Assembly: GCA_963847705.1 (NCBI GenBank) | Contig: CAWKBC010000034.1 | Coordinates: 160,001 to 224,000 of the forward strand | Reading direction: 5' to 3' | DNA from: an uncultured Pseudomonadota bacterium | Lineage (GTDB): Bacteria; Myxococcota_A; Polyangia; Fen-1088 | Length of the DNA: 64,000 nucleotides | Shown: positions 1 to 9,768 of the stretch, piece by piece | Numbering within the stretch: position 1 is the first letter of the stretch | Layout: each line of letters opens with the position of its first letter | Notes under the pieces: model-generated | Seen by the model: only the letters and a program-made list of their open reading frames with translations | What the model was told of the DNA's origin: nothing | Database searches by the model: none | Made by a program: the position numbers and the translations under genes

Positions 1-61
1 ACCGCGCTTCCCCGCTTGCTCCCGACGTCGAGGGACCCATGCTAGGCGTCGAGGTGAAGCG

Positions 62-988
62 ATGACCGATCAATCGAAGATCTTGGCGGTGGTGGGGCTC
101 GGGCAGATGGGGCGGCAAATGGCTGCCCGCCTGGCGGCGAATGGATTTTCCTTGCGCGTCTGGAACCGCACCCGCAGTCGGGCCGACGGCCTGCCCGGGG
201 CGACGGTCTGCACCTCACCCGAGGAGGCAGCGGCGGGCGCGTCGATCGTGCTCAGCTCGCTGGCCGACGACGCGGCGGTGCGCGAGGTGGTGCTCGGTGC
301 CCACGGCGTCCTCGCCGGGCTCGCCCCGGCGGCGCTCCACCTCGGGACCAGCACCATCTCGGTCCGGCTGGCGCGCGAGCTGGCGGCGGCGCACGCGACC
401 GCGGGACGCCTGTTCGTGGCGACGCCGGTGCTGGGGCGACCCGACGCCGCGGGACGCGGCGAGCTCTGGCTCCTGACCGGGGGCGATCCTGCGGCGCTCG
501 CGCGTGCGCAGCCGGTCCTGGCCGTGCTCGGCCGCGGCCAGGTCCACCTCGGCGACGCGCCGCAGGCGATGCTCGGCAAGATCCTGGCGAACTTCATGAT
601 CGCCGGCACCCTGGAGTTGCTTGCCGAGGCCACCGCGCTGGGAGAAAAGGGGGGCCTCCCGCCCGCCACGCTGGTCGGCATGTTCACCGACACCCTCTTC
701 GGCTCGCCGATCGTGAAGGGCTACGGCCCCCGCCTCGCCGCCGGCCAGTACCTTCCGGCCGGCTTCACCGTACCGCTGGGCCTCAAGGATGCCGAGCTGG
801 CGCTGGAGGCCGCGCGCGAGCTGCGGGCGCCGCTCCCGGCGGCGGCCGTCGTGCGCGATCACCTGATCGGCGCGCTGGCGCGCGGGCGCGAGAGCTGGGA
901 CTGGTCCGCCCTGGCGACCGCGGTGCGCGAGGCGGCCGGCCTCGCCGTGGGCGACGGCACCTCGCACGCCCCGCCGCCTCGAGACTGA
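62..988 (+). CDS. NAD(P)-dependent oxidoreductase, 3-hydroxyisobutyrate/6-phosphogluconate dehydrogenase family
   Basis: N-terminal GLGQMG Rossmann motif, VWNRT, TPVLGRPDAA, catalytic-region K-x-x-x-N (KILAN) and C-terminal LKDAEL motif. Confidence 0.9.
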   Translation: MTDQSKILAVVGLGQMGRQMAARLAANGFSLRVWNRTRSRADGLPGATVCTSPEEAAAGASIVLSSLADDAAVREVVLGAHGVLAGLAPAALHLGTSTISVRLARELAAAHATAGRLFVATPVLGRPDAAGRGELWLLTGGDPAALARAQPVLAVLGRGQVHLGDAPQAMLGKILANFMIAGTLELLAEATALGEKGGLPPATLVGMFTDTLFGSPIVKGYGPRLAAGQYLPAGFTVPLGLKDAELALEAARELRAPLPAAAVVRDHLIGALARGRESWDWSALATAVREAAGLAVGDGTSHAPPPRD

Positions 989-1030
989 GGGGGTCGCGCT
1001 GCGCGCCGAGCGCGAACAGCGCCTGCGCCG

Positions 1031-2089
1031 TCAGCCGGTGGTGCGGCGGCGCGTCTGCCAGCTGTCGATGATCTCTCCCAGGATCTGGCGCAGCGAGATC
1101 TCGACCTTCCAGCCTGGAAAGTGGCTCTCGAGCTTCCTCAGGTCCGAGATGTAGCAGATGTGATCGCCGCGCCGGGGCTCGTCGACGTACTCGGTCTTGA
1201 GACGCGACCCCGAGAGCTCGGCGACCAGCTCCGCCGCCTCCAGGATGGAGCAGCTGTTCGGGCGTCCGCCGCCGATGTTGTAGACCTCGCCCGGACGAGG
1301 GGCCTCGTAGAAACGATGGATCGCCCGCAACACGTCCCGCGAGTGGATGTTGTCGCGAACCTGCTTCCCCTTGTAGCCGTAGATGCGGTAGGTGGTGCCG
1401 GTCAGCGCCGCCTTCACCAGGTACGACAAGAAGCCGTGTAGCTCGACGCCGCTGTGCTGCGGCCCGGTGAGGCAGCCCCCCCGGAACACGCCCACCTTGA
1501 GCCCGAAGTAACGCCCGTACTCCTGGGCCATGACGTCCGCCGCCACCTTCGAGGCGCCGAACAGCGAATGCAGGCAGCGATCGATCCGAAAGCTCTCGGC
1601 GATCCCGTTCCAGTCCTCCGGGCGCGCGTACTCCCAGCGGGTCGGCAGCTCCTTCAGCTCCAGCTCGTTGGGGGCGTCACCGTAGACCTTGTTGGTGCTG
1701 GTGAACGCCAGCACCGTCTCCGGCTGATGCCGCCGCACGCCCTCCAGAAAGTTGAGCGTTCCCCCGGCGTTGACGTCGAAGTCTTCGAACGGCATGCGCG
1801 CCGCCAGGTCGTGCGAAGGTTGGGCGGCGCAGTGAACGATCAGGTCGAAGCGCTGCTTGGACAGCAGGTCAAGCACCCCCTCCCGGTTGCGGATGTCCAG
1901 CTCGACGTGCTGAAAGCGCGGCGTCGCGCGCTGCAGCCGCTGCTGATTCCAGCGCGTGTCGCCGTCCGGTCCGAAGAAGACCGCGCGCATGTTGTTGTCG
2001 ACGCCCACCACGTCTGCGCCCAGCCCGTCGAAATAACCGACCGCCTCGGACCCGATGAGTCCGTTCGATCCCGTGACAAGGACCCGCAT
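1031..2089 (-). CDS. NAD-dependent nucleotide-sugar epimerase/dehydratase (CDP-paratose 2-epimerase-like)
   Basis: [39 protein letters not shown] and YNIGGG extended-SDR motifs. Confidence 0.88.
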   Translation of the reverse strand: MRVLVTGSNGLIGSEAVGYFDGLGADVVGVDNNMRAVFFGPDGDTRWNQQRLQRATPRFQHVELDIRNREGVLDLLSKQRFDLIVHCAAQPSHDLAARMPFEDFDVNAGGTLNFLEGVRRHQPETVLAFTSTNKVYGDAPNELELKELPTRWEYARPEDWNGIAESFRIDRCLHSLFGASKVAADVMAQEYGRYFGLKVGVFRGGCLTGPQHSGVELHGFLSYLVKAALTGTTYRIYGYKGKQVRDNIHSRDVLRAIHRFYEAPRPGEVYNIGGGRPNSCSILEAAELVAELSGSRLKTEYVDEPRRGDHICYISDLRKLESHFPGWKVEISLRQILGEIIDSWQTRRRTTG

Positions 2090-2184
2090 GGCCGGAAGCT
2101 AACTCGACGGGTGGGCGGCGGCAAGGAATGCCGACGACGATCCTGGCCCCCCGTGCGGCAGAGGCGGTAAGCTCGCGGCGACGG

Positions 2185-3330
2185 ATGTCTTCGCACCGCC
2201 GCTTCGCGCTGGTCTGCCCCAACTACCATCCCGTGACCTGCGGCGTGGGCGACCATTCGATGCGCCTCGCCGCCGAGCTTGGCCGCCGCGGCTTCGAGGC
2301 GCGTGTCTTCACGCGCACACCCGTCGCCCCGCACCCGGAAGCGCCCGAGATCGTCGTCGTCGGTGAGAGCGGACCCACGCCCACGGTGATCGCCGAGCGC
2401 CTGCGGCGGCGAATCCTGGAGTACGCGCCCACCGACCTGATCATCCAGTACACCCCCCACATGCTCGGCGCCTGGCGGCTGGGCAGCCCCGCGATGCTGT
2501 GGTTGGCCGAGGCAGCCCGGCGACGGCGGATCAACGTCGTGCTGCTGGCGCACGAGCTGTTTCTCCCCTGGCGGCGACGGCCGGACCTCGCCCTCAGCGC
2601 GGCCATGGTCCGGGTTCAGCTGGCCGCCATGATGAAGGTGTCTGATCACGTCCTGGTAACGATGGAGACCCGGCTGGCCGAGATCGCCTGGCTGGCCAGA
2701 GCCGTGCGCCTGCGACGGCCGGCGGGTATCGTCCGCGTCGGCGCCAACGCGCTGCCTGTGACCCGCGCGCGGCGGCCCGGGCGCCTCCGGGTCGGCGTGT
2801 TCTCGACGCTGGCCAGCACCAAGCGGTTCGACGTGGTGCTCGACAGCTTCCGCCTGCTGCACGCGCGGCACCCCGAGGCCGAGCTGGTGTTGCTGGGCGA
2901 CTTCGGGTCACCCGACGACCCGCGCGTGCGCGCCCTGCACGCCGCCCTGCAGGCGCACCCGGGCCGTGCCCGCATCCGCGTCCCCGGCAAGCTGGCGCTC
3001 GACGCGATCGCCCGGGAGGTCTCCGAGCTGGACGCTTACCTGTTCCCGATGATCTCGGGAGCCAACACCCGCAGCGGGACCTTGCCCCTCGCTCTCGGTG
3101 CGGGGTTGCCCGTCGTCGCCATCAAGAGCTACGAGACCGACCCCCTGTTCGTCGACGGGGACAACCTGCTCTTCGCGCGCAGCCTCACGGGCGAGGCCTT
3201 CGCCGAACAGGTGCTCCGCCTGGTGGCCGATCCGGCGCTCGAGCTGCGGATATCGCAGGGCGCGAAAAGACTCTATGATGCGGACCTCTCTTGGGAGCGG
3301 ATCGGCGAGCAAGTGCTCTCGCAAATCTGA
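2185..3330 (+). CDS. Glycosyltransferase family 4 (GT-B)
   Basis: CGVGDHS N-terminal motif, HE motif, KRFD, SGTLPLALGAGLPVV C-terminal GT4 signature. Start is ATG 2185 (ORF opens at 2128). Confidence 0.8.
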   Translation: MSSHRRFALVCPNYHPVTCGVGDHSMRLAAELGRRGFEARVFTRTPVAPHPEAPEIVVVGESGPTPTVIAERLRRRILEYAPTDLIIQYTPHMLGAWRLGSPAMLWLAEAARRRRINVVLLAHELFLPWRRRPDLALSAAMVRVQLAAMMKVSDHVLVTMETRLAEIAWLARAVRLRRPAGIVRVGANALPVTRARRPGRLRVGVFSTLASTKRFDVVLDSFRLLHARHPEAELVLLGDFGSPDDPRVRALHAALQAHPGRARIRVPGKLALDAIAREVSELDAYLFPMISGANTRSGTLPLALGAGLPVVAIKSYETDPLFVDGDNLLFARSLTGEAFAEQVLRLVADPALELRISQGAKRLYDADLSWERIGEQVLSQI

Positions 3331-3350
3331 GGAACCCTCCTGCCCAACCG

Positions 3351-4088
3351 ATGATCTCTAAGACCGATGTGCTCTGGAGGCTGCGCCGGGTCCTCAATCG
3401 CACCGGTCTGGACGTGGTCCTCTACCGCCACACGCGCCATCCGGTGGCCCGCCGGAAACACCTCTTCTCCCATCACGGGATAGACCTGGTCCTCGACGTG
3501 GGCGCCAACGCCGGCCAGTACGGACGGTTTCTGCGAAACATCGGCTACCTCGGGCGGATCACCTCGTTCGAGCCGCTGTCATCGGCGTTCGCCGCGCTCG
3601 AGCGCACCCGGGCGGGGGATCCGCTGTGGGAGGCACAGCGGGTGGCGCTCAGCGACCGGGAGGGCTTCGCGACCCTGAACCGCGCCGGGAACTCCGAGTC
3701 GAGCTCGTTCCTTCCGATGCTGCCCGCCCACCTCGCCGCCTTTCCGGAGTCCCGCTACGTCAACACCGAGCGGGTCCCCATGACCACGCTGGCGCGGGTG
3801 GTCGCCACCGTCCCGGCCGACGCCCGGGTGTTCCTGAAGGTCGATACCCAGGGCCACGAGCGGGCCGTCCTCGAGGGCGCGGGCGCCGCCCTGGAGCGCT
3901 TCAGCGGCGTTCAGCTCGAGATGTCGATCGTCCCCTGTTACGACGGAGAGCTGCTCATGCCTGAGATGATCGCCTACATGTCCGGGCGCGGCTTCGCGCT
4001 CATGAGCCTCGAGCCCGGGGCGAGCGACCGGCGCACCGGGCAGCTCCTCCAGCTTGACGGGCTCTTCTTCCGCGCACCGCCGAGTTGA
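3351..4088 (+). CDS. FkbM family methyltransferase
   Basis: LDVGANAGQY, SFEP, LKVDTQGHE and QLDGLF motifs typical of FkbM. Confidence 0.9.
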   Translation: MISKTDVLWRLRRVLNRTGLDVVLYRHTRHPVARRKHLFSHHGIDLVLDVGANAGQYGRFLRNIGYLGRITSFEPLSSAFAALERTRAGDPLWEAQRVALSDREGFATLNRAGNSESSSFLPMLPAHLAAFPESRYVNTERVPMTTLARVVATVPADARVFLKVDTQGHERAVLEGAGAALERFSGVQLEMSIVPCYDGELLMPEMIAYMSGRGFALMSLEPGASDRRTGQLLQLDGLFFRAPPS

Positions 4089-4100
4089 CGGCGGTCGCCC

Positions 4101-5306
4101 TCATCTCGGGTCGAGCGGCGGCACCAGCGCGTTCAGAGGTCCCAGCAGGGCCGCCTGGTTGGCGGGCAGGTCGTAGTGGGCGCGCCTGAGCCGCTCGGCA
4201 GGGACGTGCTGGCTGCGGTGCGCGTCGGGGAGATTCCACAGCCTGAGCAGCCGGGTGACACCTTCCTCGACCCGCTCGTTGCCCCACCAGGCGACGTAGT
4301 CCGTCATGCCGGAGAGGTGAGCGATCGAGCTGTCCAGCGGCGCGTGCGCGAAGAGCGGCCGCGCCGCGAGCAGGTAGCTGCTCAGCTTGGTCGGGAACGA
4401 CGTCTGGCGGAGAACCGCCGCGCGCCGAGAGAAAGGGTAGTTGAGGTAGAGCGCGAAACAGCGGCTCAGGCGCTCGATGGCGTGGCGCTCGTCGAGGTGG
4501 CCGGTGACCTCGACGTCGATCCGGCCGCCGACCTCGGCGCGCAGGCGCTCGCCCGGCCCCTGTCCGATCATGACGATGCGCCCACGCGCGCCTACCCGGC
4601 CCGCGGCCTCTTCGAGCACTCTGGCCAGCAGGGGCAGCTGATCGTAGCCGTAGGTGTTGCCCATGACGCCGATCTCCAGCGACCCACCGGCCAGGTGGGC
4701 CGGCCGCTCGAGGACCGGCTCGGCGATGCCGCGGTGAACGATGGTGGAGGCGATTCCGTATCGCTCCCGGTATCTGCGGGCCATGCCCTCGCAGACCACG
4801 TCCACCGAACGAGCCCGGCGCAGCGCGTACCCGAAGTCGCGTTCGATGAGCGGCAGCAGCGCGACATGCCGCCGCGACATCAGGGCCACACCGAACGCGG
4901 GGTCGTCGTGAACCGAGAGGTGGACGGGCAGTGACGGCCGGCTCAGCAGCCGCGCCGCCACGTGCACCATCGCCCCGTGCATGACGATCCAGAGCGCGCG
5001 CGCCTGGCGCTGCCGCGCGACGACCTCGACCTCCCGCGCCAGACGCCACGACAGCAGGCCGTCGATGGTCACCGAGCGCGTGGCCAGGCGGCTTGCCAGC
5101 ACCGACGGGAGCCCGAGCGAGCCCCGTCGCAGCCCGATCTCCAGCGGACCCGCCGCGCCGGTCATGGAGGGAGAGGCCCAGAGCACCCGCTGACGCACCT
5201 CGCCCGGCAAGAGGCTCCGCAGGATCACGGCGCCTCCACCGCCCGCCGCCGGCGGGTAGTCCGTGAGCAGCAACAACGGGGTCTCGGCGGTGTATCGCTC
5301 CAACAT
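4101..5306 (-). CDS. Putative GT-B glycosyltransferase-like protein
   Basis: HDD motif, SFPTKLSSYL GT4-like signature, context among glycosyltransferases. Start uncertain; ATG 5306 chosen to avoid overlap. Confidence 0.65.
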   Translation of the reverse strand: MLERYTAETPLLLLTDYPPAAGGGGAVILRSLLPGEVRQRVLWASPSMTGAAGPLEIGLRRGSLGLPSVLASRLATRSVTIDGLLSWRLAREVEVVARQRQARALWIVMHGAMVHVAARLLSRPSLPVHLSVHDDPAFGVALMSRRHVALLPLIERDFGYALRRARSVDVVCEGMARRYRERYGIASTIVHRGIAEPVLERPAHLAGGSLEIGVMGNTYGYDQLPLLARVLEEAAGRVGARGRIVMIGQGPGERLRAEVGGRIDVEVTGHLDERHAIERLSRCFALYLNYPFSRRAAVLRQTSFPTKLSSYLLAARPLFAHAPLDSSIAHLSGMTDYVAWWGNERVEEGVTRLLRLWNLPDAHRSQHVPAERLRRAHYDLPANQAALLGPLNALVPPLDPR

Positions 5307-5340
5307 CAGCGGCGGCACGATAGCACGGGCGAAAATCCCC

Positions 5341-6203
5341 TCAGCCGAACTGTGGGGCCAGCCGCGCGCGCTCAATCGCGTCGGAGGGCGCGTCGGTCGG
5401 AAGGGGAACATCGGGACGGGAGAGCCGGGCCAGCCAGCCGCGGTCGAGCGGCCGCTCGAGGTCGCTCACCGCGACTGCGGCCGCCGTGGTCTGCGCCTTG
5501 TCGCCGATGGCGTCACCGACGCCGACCGCCCAGCCAGCCAGCAGCAGGGCCAGGCGCGTCGCGGTCGAAGCGCTGTAGGTGTAGAGCGCGCAGCGGGGAC
5601 CGGCGAGGCGCCGCGCCTCCGAGAACGCGGCCACCGTCCAGAGGGCCGGGTTCGCGCGCGGCGAGAAGGGATCCCAGTAGATGACGTCGGCGCGAGACCT
5701 CTGCCGGGCCAGCGTCTCCAGGAGATCGCCGCGGACCAGGCGCCAGTGCGTCCGCGCGGTCTCGTGCGCATCGTGGGCCAGGAGGGCGCGGGCGGCGTCG
5801 GCGGGCTCGCCGCGCCAGCCGAAGGGTTCGCCGGCCGCCAGCGCCAGCTCGAGCGCGCCGAGCTCGCGTTCGAAGCTGACGAGCTCGAGGAGCGCCGCGC
5901 TGTCCGGCAGCCCCTCGGATGCGCACCGCGCCGCCAGCGCGTTCGAGCCAGCACCCAGGCCCACATCGAACAGGACCAGGCGACCGGCACCCTGCCCTGC
6001 CGCCTCCCTTGCCACCAACCTCTCCGGAGCCGCGACTGCCGGACGTAGAGCTGCTCGGCCTCGACGAGAGGACCGACGCCCGGGTGCATGACCTCGCCGT
6101 CGGCGAGGCTGCGCATCGCCAGCGCGCCGCCGCGCGTCCGGACGATTTCGTGGCTCACGCGCGGGTGGCTGGCGCGCTCCTGGCTCGGGCGGTCGTCGCT
6201 CAC
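5341..6203 (-). CDS. MnmC/MnmD-like SAM-dependent methyltransferase, split by a 1-bp frameshift near 6025-6030
   Basis: The N-terminus (MHPGVGPLVEAEQLYV) lies in the 5466..6203 frame. DVGLGAGSN, ELVSFE, YWDPFSPRANPALWT and TYSA...RLALLLAGW lie in the 5341..6252 frame. The start overlaps the tgt stop (GTGA). Confidence 0.75.
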
Positions 6204-7360
6204 GCGCGCACCCTGGCGTGCTCGTGGCGATCGATCTCGGCCAGTCGCTCACGCGCGAAGCTGGCGTAGACGCCTTTGTCGATCGCCTCGCGCGCCTGTC
6301 GCATCAGCTCCAGGTAGTGGTGGAGGTTGTGGATGCTGAGGAGGCGCGGCCCGAGCGGCTCGCTGCACTTGAAGAGGTGGTGCAGGTAGCTGCGACTGAA
6401 GGTCCGGCAGGTCGAGCAGGCGCAGCGCGCGTCGAGGGCCTCGTCGACCGCCGCGTTGGCCCCGCGCGTGACGCGCACGCGCCCCGTCCAGGTGAAGGCC
6501 GTCCCCTGCCAGGCCAGGTGTGTCGGCAGCACGCAGTCGAACATGTCGACGCCGCAGCCGATGGCGTAGAGGAGATCGGGCGGCGTGCCGACGCCCATCA
6601 GGTACCGCGGCTTCGCCTCCGGCAGGAGATCGACCGCCAGGCCCGTGACCTCCTCGCGCTCGGCCCGCGTGTCCCCCACCGCCAGGCCGCCGATCGCGAA
6701 GCCGTCGAAGGAGTGCTCGGTCAGGAAGGCGGCCGATTGCCGCCGCAGCGCCGGGACCAGGCCCCCCTGCACGATGGCGAACAGCGCCTGCGCCGGGTTC
6801 TTGCGCGCCGCCAGGCTGCGCAGCGCCCAGCGGTGCGTCCGCTCCATGGCCGCCCGCACGGCCGCCTCCTCGGCCGTCGACGGGACGCACTCGTCGAGCG
6901 CCATCATGATGTCCGACCCCAGCGCCGTCTGCATGTCGATCGACGTCTCGGGGGTGAGGTGATGGCGGCGGCTGTCGATGTAGCTGCGAAAGCGCGCGCC
7001 GCTCTCGTCGATGGTGCGGTCGGCCGGCAGCGAGAAGATCTGATAGCCGCCCGAGTCGGTGAGCACGGCCCGCGGCCAGCGCATGAAGGCGTGCAGACCG
7101 CCGACCCGCCGGAACAGCTCGGGCCCCGGCCGAAGCAGCAGGTGATAGGTGTTGGCCAGCAAGATCGGCGCGTCGAGCGTCAGCAGATCGTCCGGTGTCA
7201 GCCCGGTCACCGTGGCGCGGGTCCCGACTGGCATGAAGACGGGCGTCTCGATCGCTCCGCGCGACGTCAGCAGCGTCCCCCGCCGCGCGCGCGAGCCGGG
7301 ATCGCTGGCGCCGCGAAGGAAGCGCAGCGGGGAGGTGGGGGGTGGGTCGGCTGTTTCCAA
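6200..7360 (-). CDS. tgt: tRNA-guanine transglycosylase family protein (divergent)
   Basis: TPVFMPVGT, LANTYHL, TDSGGYQ, MALDEC, IVQGG, GGLAVG, YLMGVG, DMFDCVLPT and a Zn site CxCxxC...H. Start uncertain (TTG 7360 or 7474). Confidence 0.9.
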   Translation of the reverse strand: METADPPPTSPLRFLRGASDPGSRARRGTLLTSRGAIETPVFMPVGTRATVTGLTPDDLLTLDAPILLANTYHLLLRPGPELFRRVGGLHAFMRWPRAVLTDSGGYQIFSLPADRTIDESGARFRSYIDSRRHHLTPETSIDMQTALGSDIMMALDECVPSTAEEAAVRAAMERTHRWALRSLAARKNPAQALFAIVQGGLVPALRRQSAAFLTEHSFDGFAIGGLAVGDTRAEREEVTGLAVDLLPEAKPRYLMGVGTPPDLLYAIGCGVDMFDCVLPTHLAWQGTAFTWTGRVRVTRGANAAVDEALDARCACSTCRTFSRSYLHHLFKCSEPLGPRLLSIHNLHHYLELMRQAREAIDKGVYASFARERLAEIDRHEHARVRA

Positions 7361-7521
7361 GCGGGCGCGACAGGCTACAACATTGCTACCGTCGTCGATC
7401 GCGCCGAGGGTCGAGGTCGAGGGGGATCCACGCTCAGCTCCAGCGGCGCCGTCCGCTGGAGCGAGGCTCGGCAATCGCGTCGAAAAGCAGGAGGGCGAAC
7501 AGCGCCGACATCAGGGGGCGC

Positions 7522-8568
7522 TCACCGGCCGGCGCCCCGCAGCAGGCGGCGAACCTCCAGGGCCACCCGTCCCATGGGACGCCGGATGACGTCCGGTAGA
7601 CGGCCCACCATCATCATCGCACGCAGGTCGGGGCGAGTGACCATGGCCTCGGCGCGCGAGAGGACGGCGGCCACCTCGTCGCCATGGTTGTTCTCGAGCA
7701 GCGCGAACACCAGCGATCCCACCGTTCGCGCATATTGCGGTTCGACGAAGGATCGGAACTCGCGCAGCGCTGGATCCTCGAGATACCGCTGCAGGACGAG
7801 CTCCGACTGGCGCAGGGCACGGAGACGCCCTTGGCTCGATCCCCAGGAGCGGGTCTCGGACTGGTTGTGGACGCGGTAGCGCGTCAGCCGGCGCGGCTCG
7901 TAGTAGGCCCTCGCGCCGGTGCGCGCGGAGAGGTACGTGATCCAGAGGTCGTAGAAGGTCCCTACCCCGTCGGGAAAATCGGTCCAGTCGATCGCCGACT
8001 TCCTGAACAGCGCGGCCATCGCGGCGGGGACCACCCGATGCAACACCACCTCGGCCAGAAACCGATCGATCGGGCCGCGTGGCAGGGCGCTGCGGTACCA
8101 GAAGCGCGTATTCTGATCGCTGAGCTCCGGGTTCAGGCTGCCGTCCTCGTTCATCACGTGATGATCGGAGAAGGCCACGCTCATCGAATCGTCGGCCTCC
8201 AGAGCCGGAACGAGGCTGGCCAAGAAGTCCGGCTCCCAGGTGTCGTCGTCGTGAATCGTGGCCACGTACTTCCCGTTGGCCGCGGCCAGCGCCGCCCAGA
8301 TGTTGGCGCCCATCCCGACATTCTTGGGGTTCCGTCGGTATTTGACCCCGCGCGCCTCGTACCTCGAGACGACCGCCCCGTAGACGTCCTCGGTGCTGGC
8401 GTCATCGCTCACCACGATCTCGACGCGGGGGTAGGTCTGAGCCAGGGCGCTCTCGATCGCGTCCGAGAGGAAGCGCACGCGATTGAAGGTCGGGATCACC
8501 ACCGTGACGAGCGGAGCCTCCTCGGCAACCGCCACCGCACCTGCGTCTCGGGTTTCGGCCAAGGTCAC
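7522..8568 (-). CDS. Glycosyltransferase family 2
   Basis: VTVVIPTFNR, VSDDASTE, HDDD (DxD) and YRVH motifs. Confidence 0.9.
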   Translation of the reverse strand: MTLAETRDAGAVAVAEEAPLVTVVIPTFNRVRFLSDAIESALAQTYPRVEIVVSDDASTEDVYGAVVSRYEARGVKYRRNPKNVGMGANIWAALAAANGKYVATIHDDDTWEPDFLASLVPALEADDSMSVAFSDHHVMNEDGSLNPELSDQNTRFWYRSALPRGPIDRFLAEVVLHRVVPAAMAALFRKSAIDWTDFPDGVGTFYDLWITYLSARTGARAYYEPRRLTRYRVHNQSETRSWGSSQGRLRALRQSELVLQRYLEDPALREFRSFVEPQYARTVGSLVFALLENNHGDEVAAVLSRAEAMVTRPDLRAMMMVGRLPDVIRRPMGRVALEVRRLLRGAGR

Positions 8569-8678
8569 TCTTTTAGACTACGTTTGCCATGGTGTTCAAC
8601 CGCAGCCGGTGAAAAGAGCACCTGCCACTTCCGGTCGAACGAGATTGCCCCTCGCATCGTATCCAAACCGCCCCGCGC

Positions 8679-8740
8679 TTGCAGTGACTTAACTCAAGTG
8701 GGGGCCGGAGGATCGGACCTCCGACATTCTGCTCTCCAAG
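8679..8740 (-). repeat. Degenerate copy of the tRNA-Pro 3' half plus flank (att-like direct repeat)
   Basis: The 18-bp stretch acctccgacattctgctc at 8717-8734 is identical to 20218-20235, and similarity extends on both sides. Confidence 0.75.
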
Positions 8741-8890
8741 TTTTGAGGCAGGTGGGTCCGGACGTGGCGAACCGATCGAACCATCTGAGATGATTACAGA
8801 ATCAGCTCGTTCGTTTTCGCCGACACGAGGTTGGTGTACGTCGGCGTGGAGGTGTGCTGCCGGATGAACTCGTCGATCTCCGCCGGCCTC

Positions 8891-8976
8891 TGTTCACGTT
8901 CATGTTGAACCGCGTCCCGCTCCCCCTCATCCAGACGTGCAGCGGAAACATGTGGCGGTGCGCACCCGCCAGGATC
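8891..8976 (-). pseudogene. fumC: Short remnant of class II fumarate hydratase
   Basis: Reads [28 protein letters not shown], matching the FumC FPLxVWxTGSGTxxNMNxNE motif. No flanking FumC sequence. Confidence 0.65.
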
Positions 8977-9078
8977 CAGCCCAAGCTCCCACGACGATGG
9001 ACCAAGCATCGTCCCGGAGCTTCCGGACCAACCCCTCCGGAGCTGCGCCCGACTGTGGCGCTCACCACACCGGTGCGG

Positions 9079-9741
9079 TCAGCGGCCGGCGACGGTCGAT
9101 GGCTTGCCGGCGTTGACCGCCAGCTGAGCGTCGAAGGCGCGCTTGTAGGCAGGCCGCGCTTCGCCGCGGGCCACATAGGCGGAGAGGTTCGAATATTCGT
9201 CCAGCAGCCCTGACGCTCTCAACCTGAGCAGCACCGACACCATCATCAGGTCGCCTGCGCTGAACGCGCCATCGAGCCAGTCGGCATCGCCGAGGCGGCG
9301 GGAGAGCTGGCCCAGCCTGTTGCGGATGCGCTCCTCGACGAGAGGCATGCGTTGTGCGGACCAGGGCCTGTCGCCCTCGAGGATCCTGGCGGTCACGAGC
9401 TCGAGGATGGGCGGCTCCACCGTGCTGAGCGCGGCGAACATCCAGGCGATGGCGCGCGCCCGGGCATTCGCCTGGCCCGGCAGCAAGCCCGGGTGTCGCT
9501 CGGCGATGTGAAACACGATCGCCCCTGTCTCGAACAGCGCGAGATCGGCTTCCTCATAGGTCGGGATCTGGCCGAAGGGATGAAGCGCCACATGCGCGGG
9601 TTCCTTCATCGCACCAAACGAAACGAGGCGAACCTGGTAGGGTTGGCCCACCTCTTCCAGCGCCCAGCGAACGCGCGTGTCACGCGCCAGCCCCTTGCCG
9701 CCGTCAGGTGACCGTTCAAAGGCGGTGATCGTGATGGTCAT
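9079..9741 (-). CDS. Glutathione S-transferase family protein
   Basis: VRWALEE, HPFGQIP, FETGAI and FSAGDL GST motifs. Confidence 0.92.
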   Translation of the reverse strand: MTITITAFERSPDGGKGLARDTRVRWALEEVGQPYQVRLVSFGAMKEPAHVALHPFGQIPTYEEADLALFETGAIVFHIAERHPGLLPGQANARARAIAWMFAALSTVEPPILELVTARILEGDRPWSAQRMPLVEERIRNRLGQLSRRLGDADWLDGAFSAGDLMMVSVLLRLRASGLLDEYSNLSAYVARGEARPAYKRAFDAQLAVNAGKPSTVAGR

Positions 9742-9768
9742 CGGTCAATACTCGCCCTGGTGCGCTCA

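Noticed and set aside
6200-7360. DpdA-type DNA-modifying transglycosylase
   Set aside because: The motifs are those of bacterial tRNA TGT, and no dpd or preQ0 synthesis genes are adjacent.
8701-8760. Second tRNA gene
   Set aside because: Only the 3' half resembles tRNA-Pro. The T loop is damaged and there is no D arm or 5' acceptor strand, so it is treated as an att remnant.
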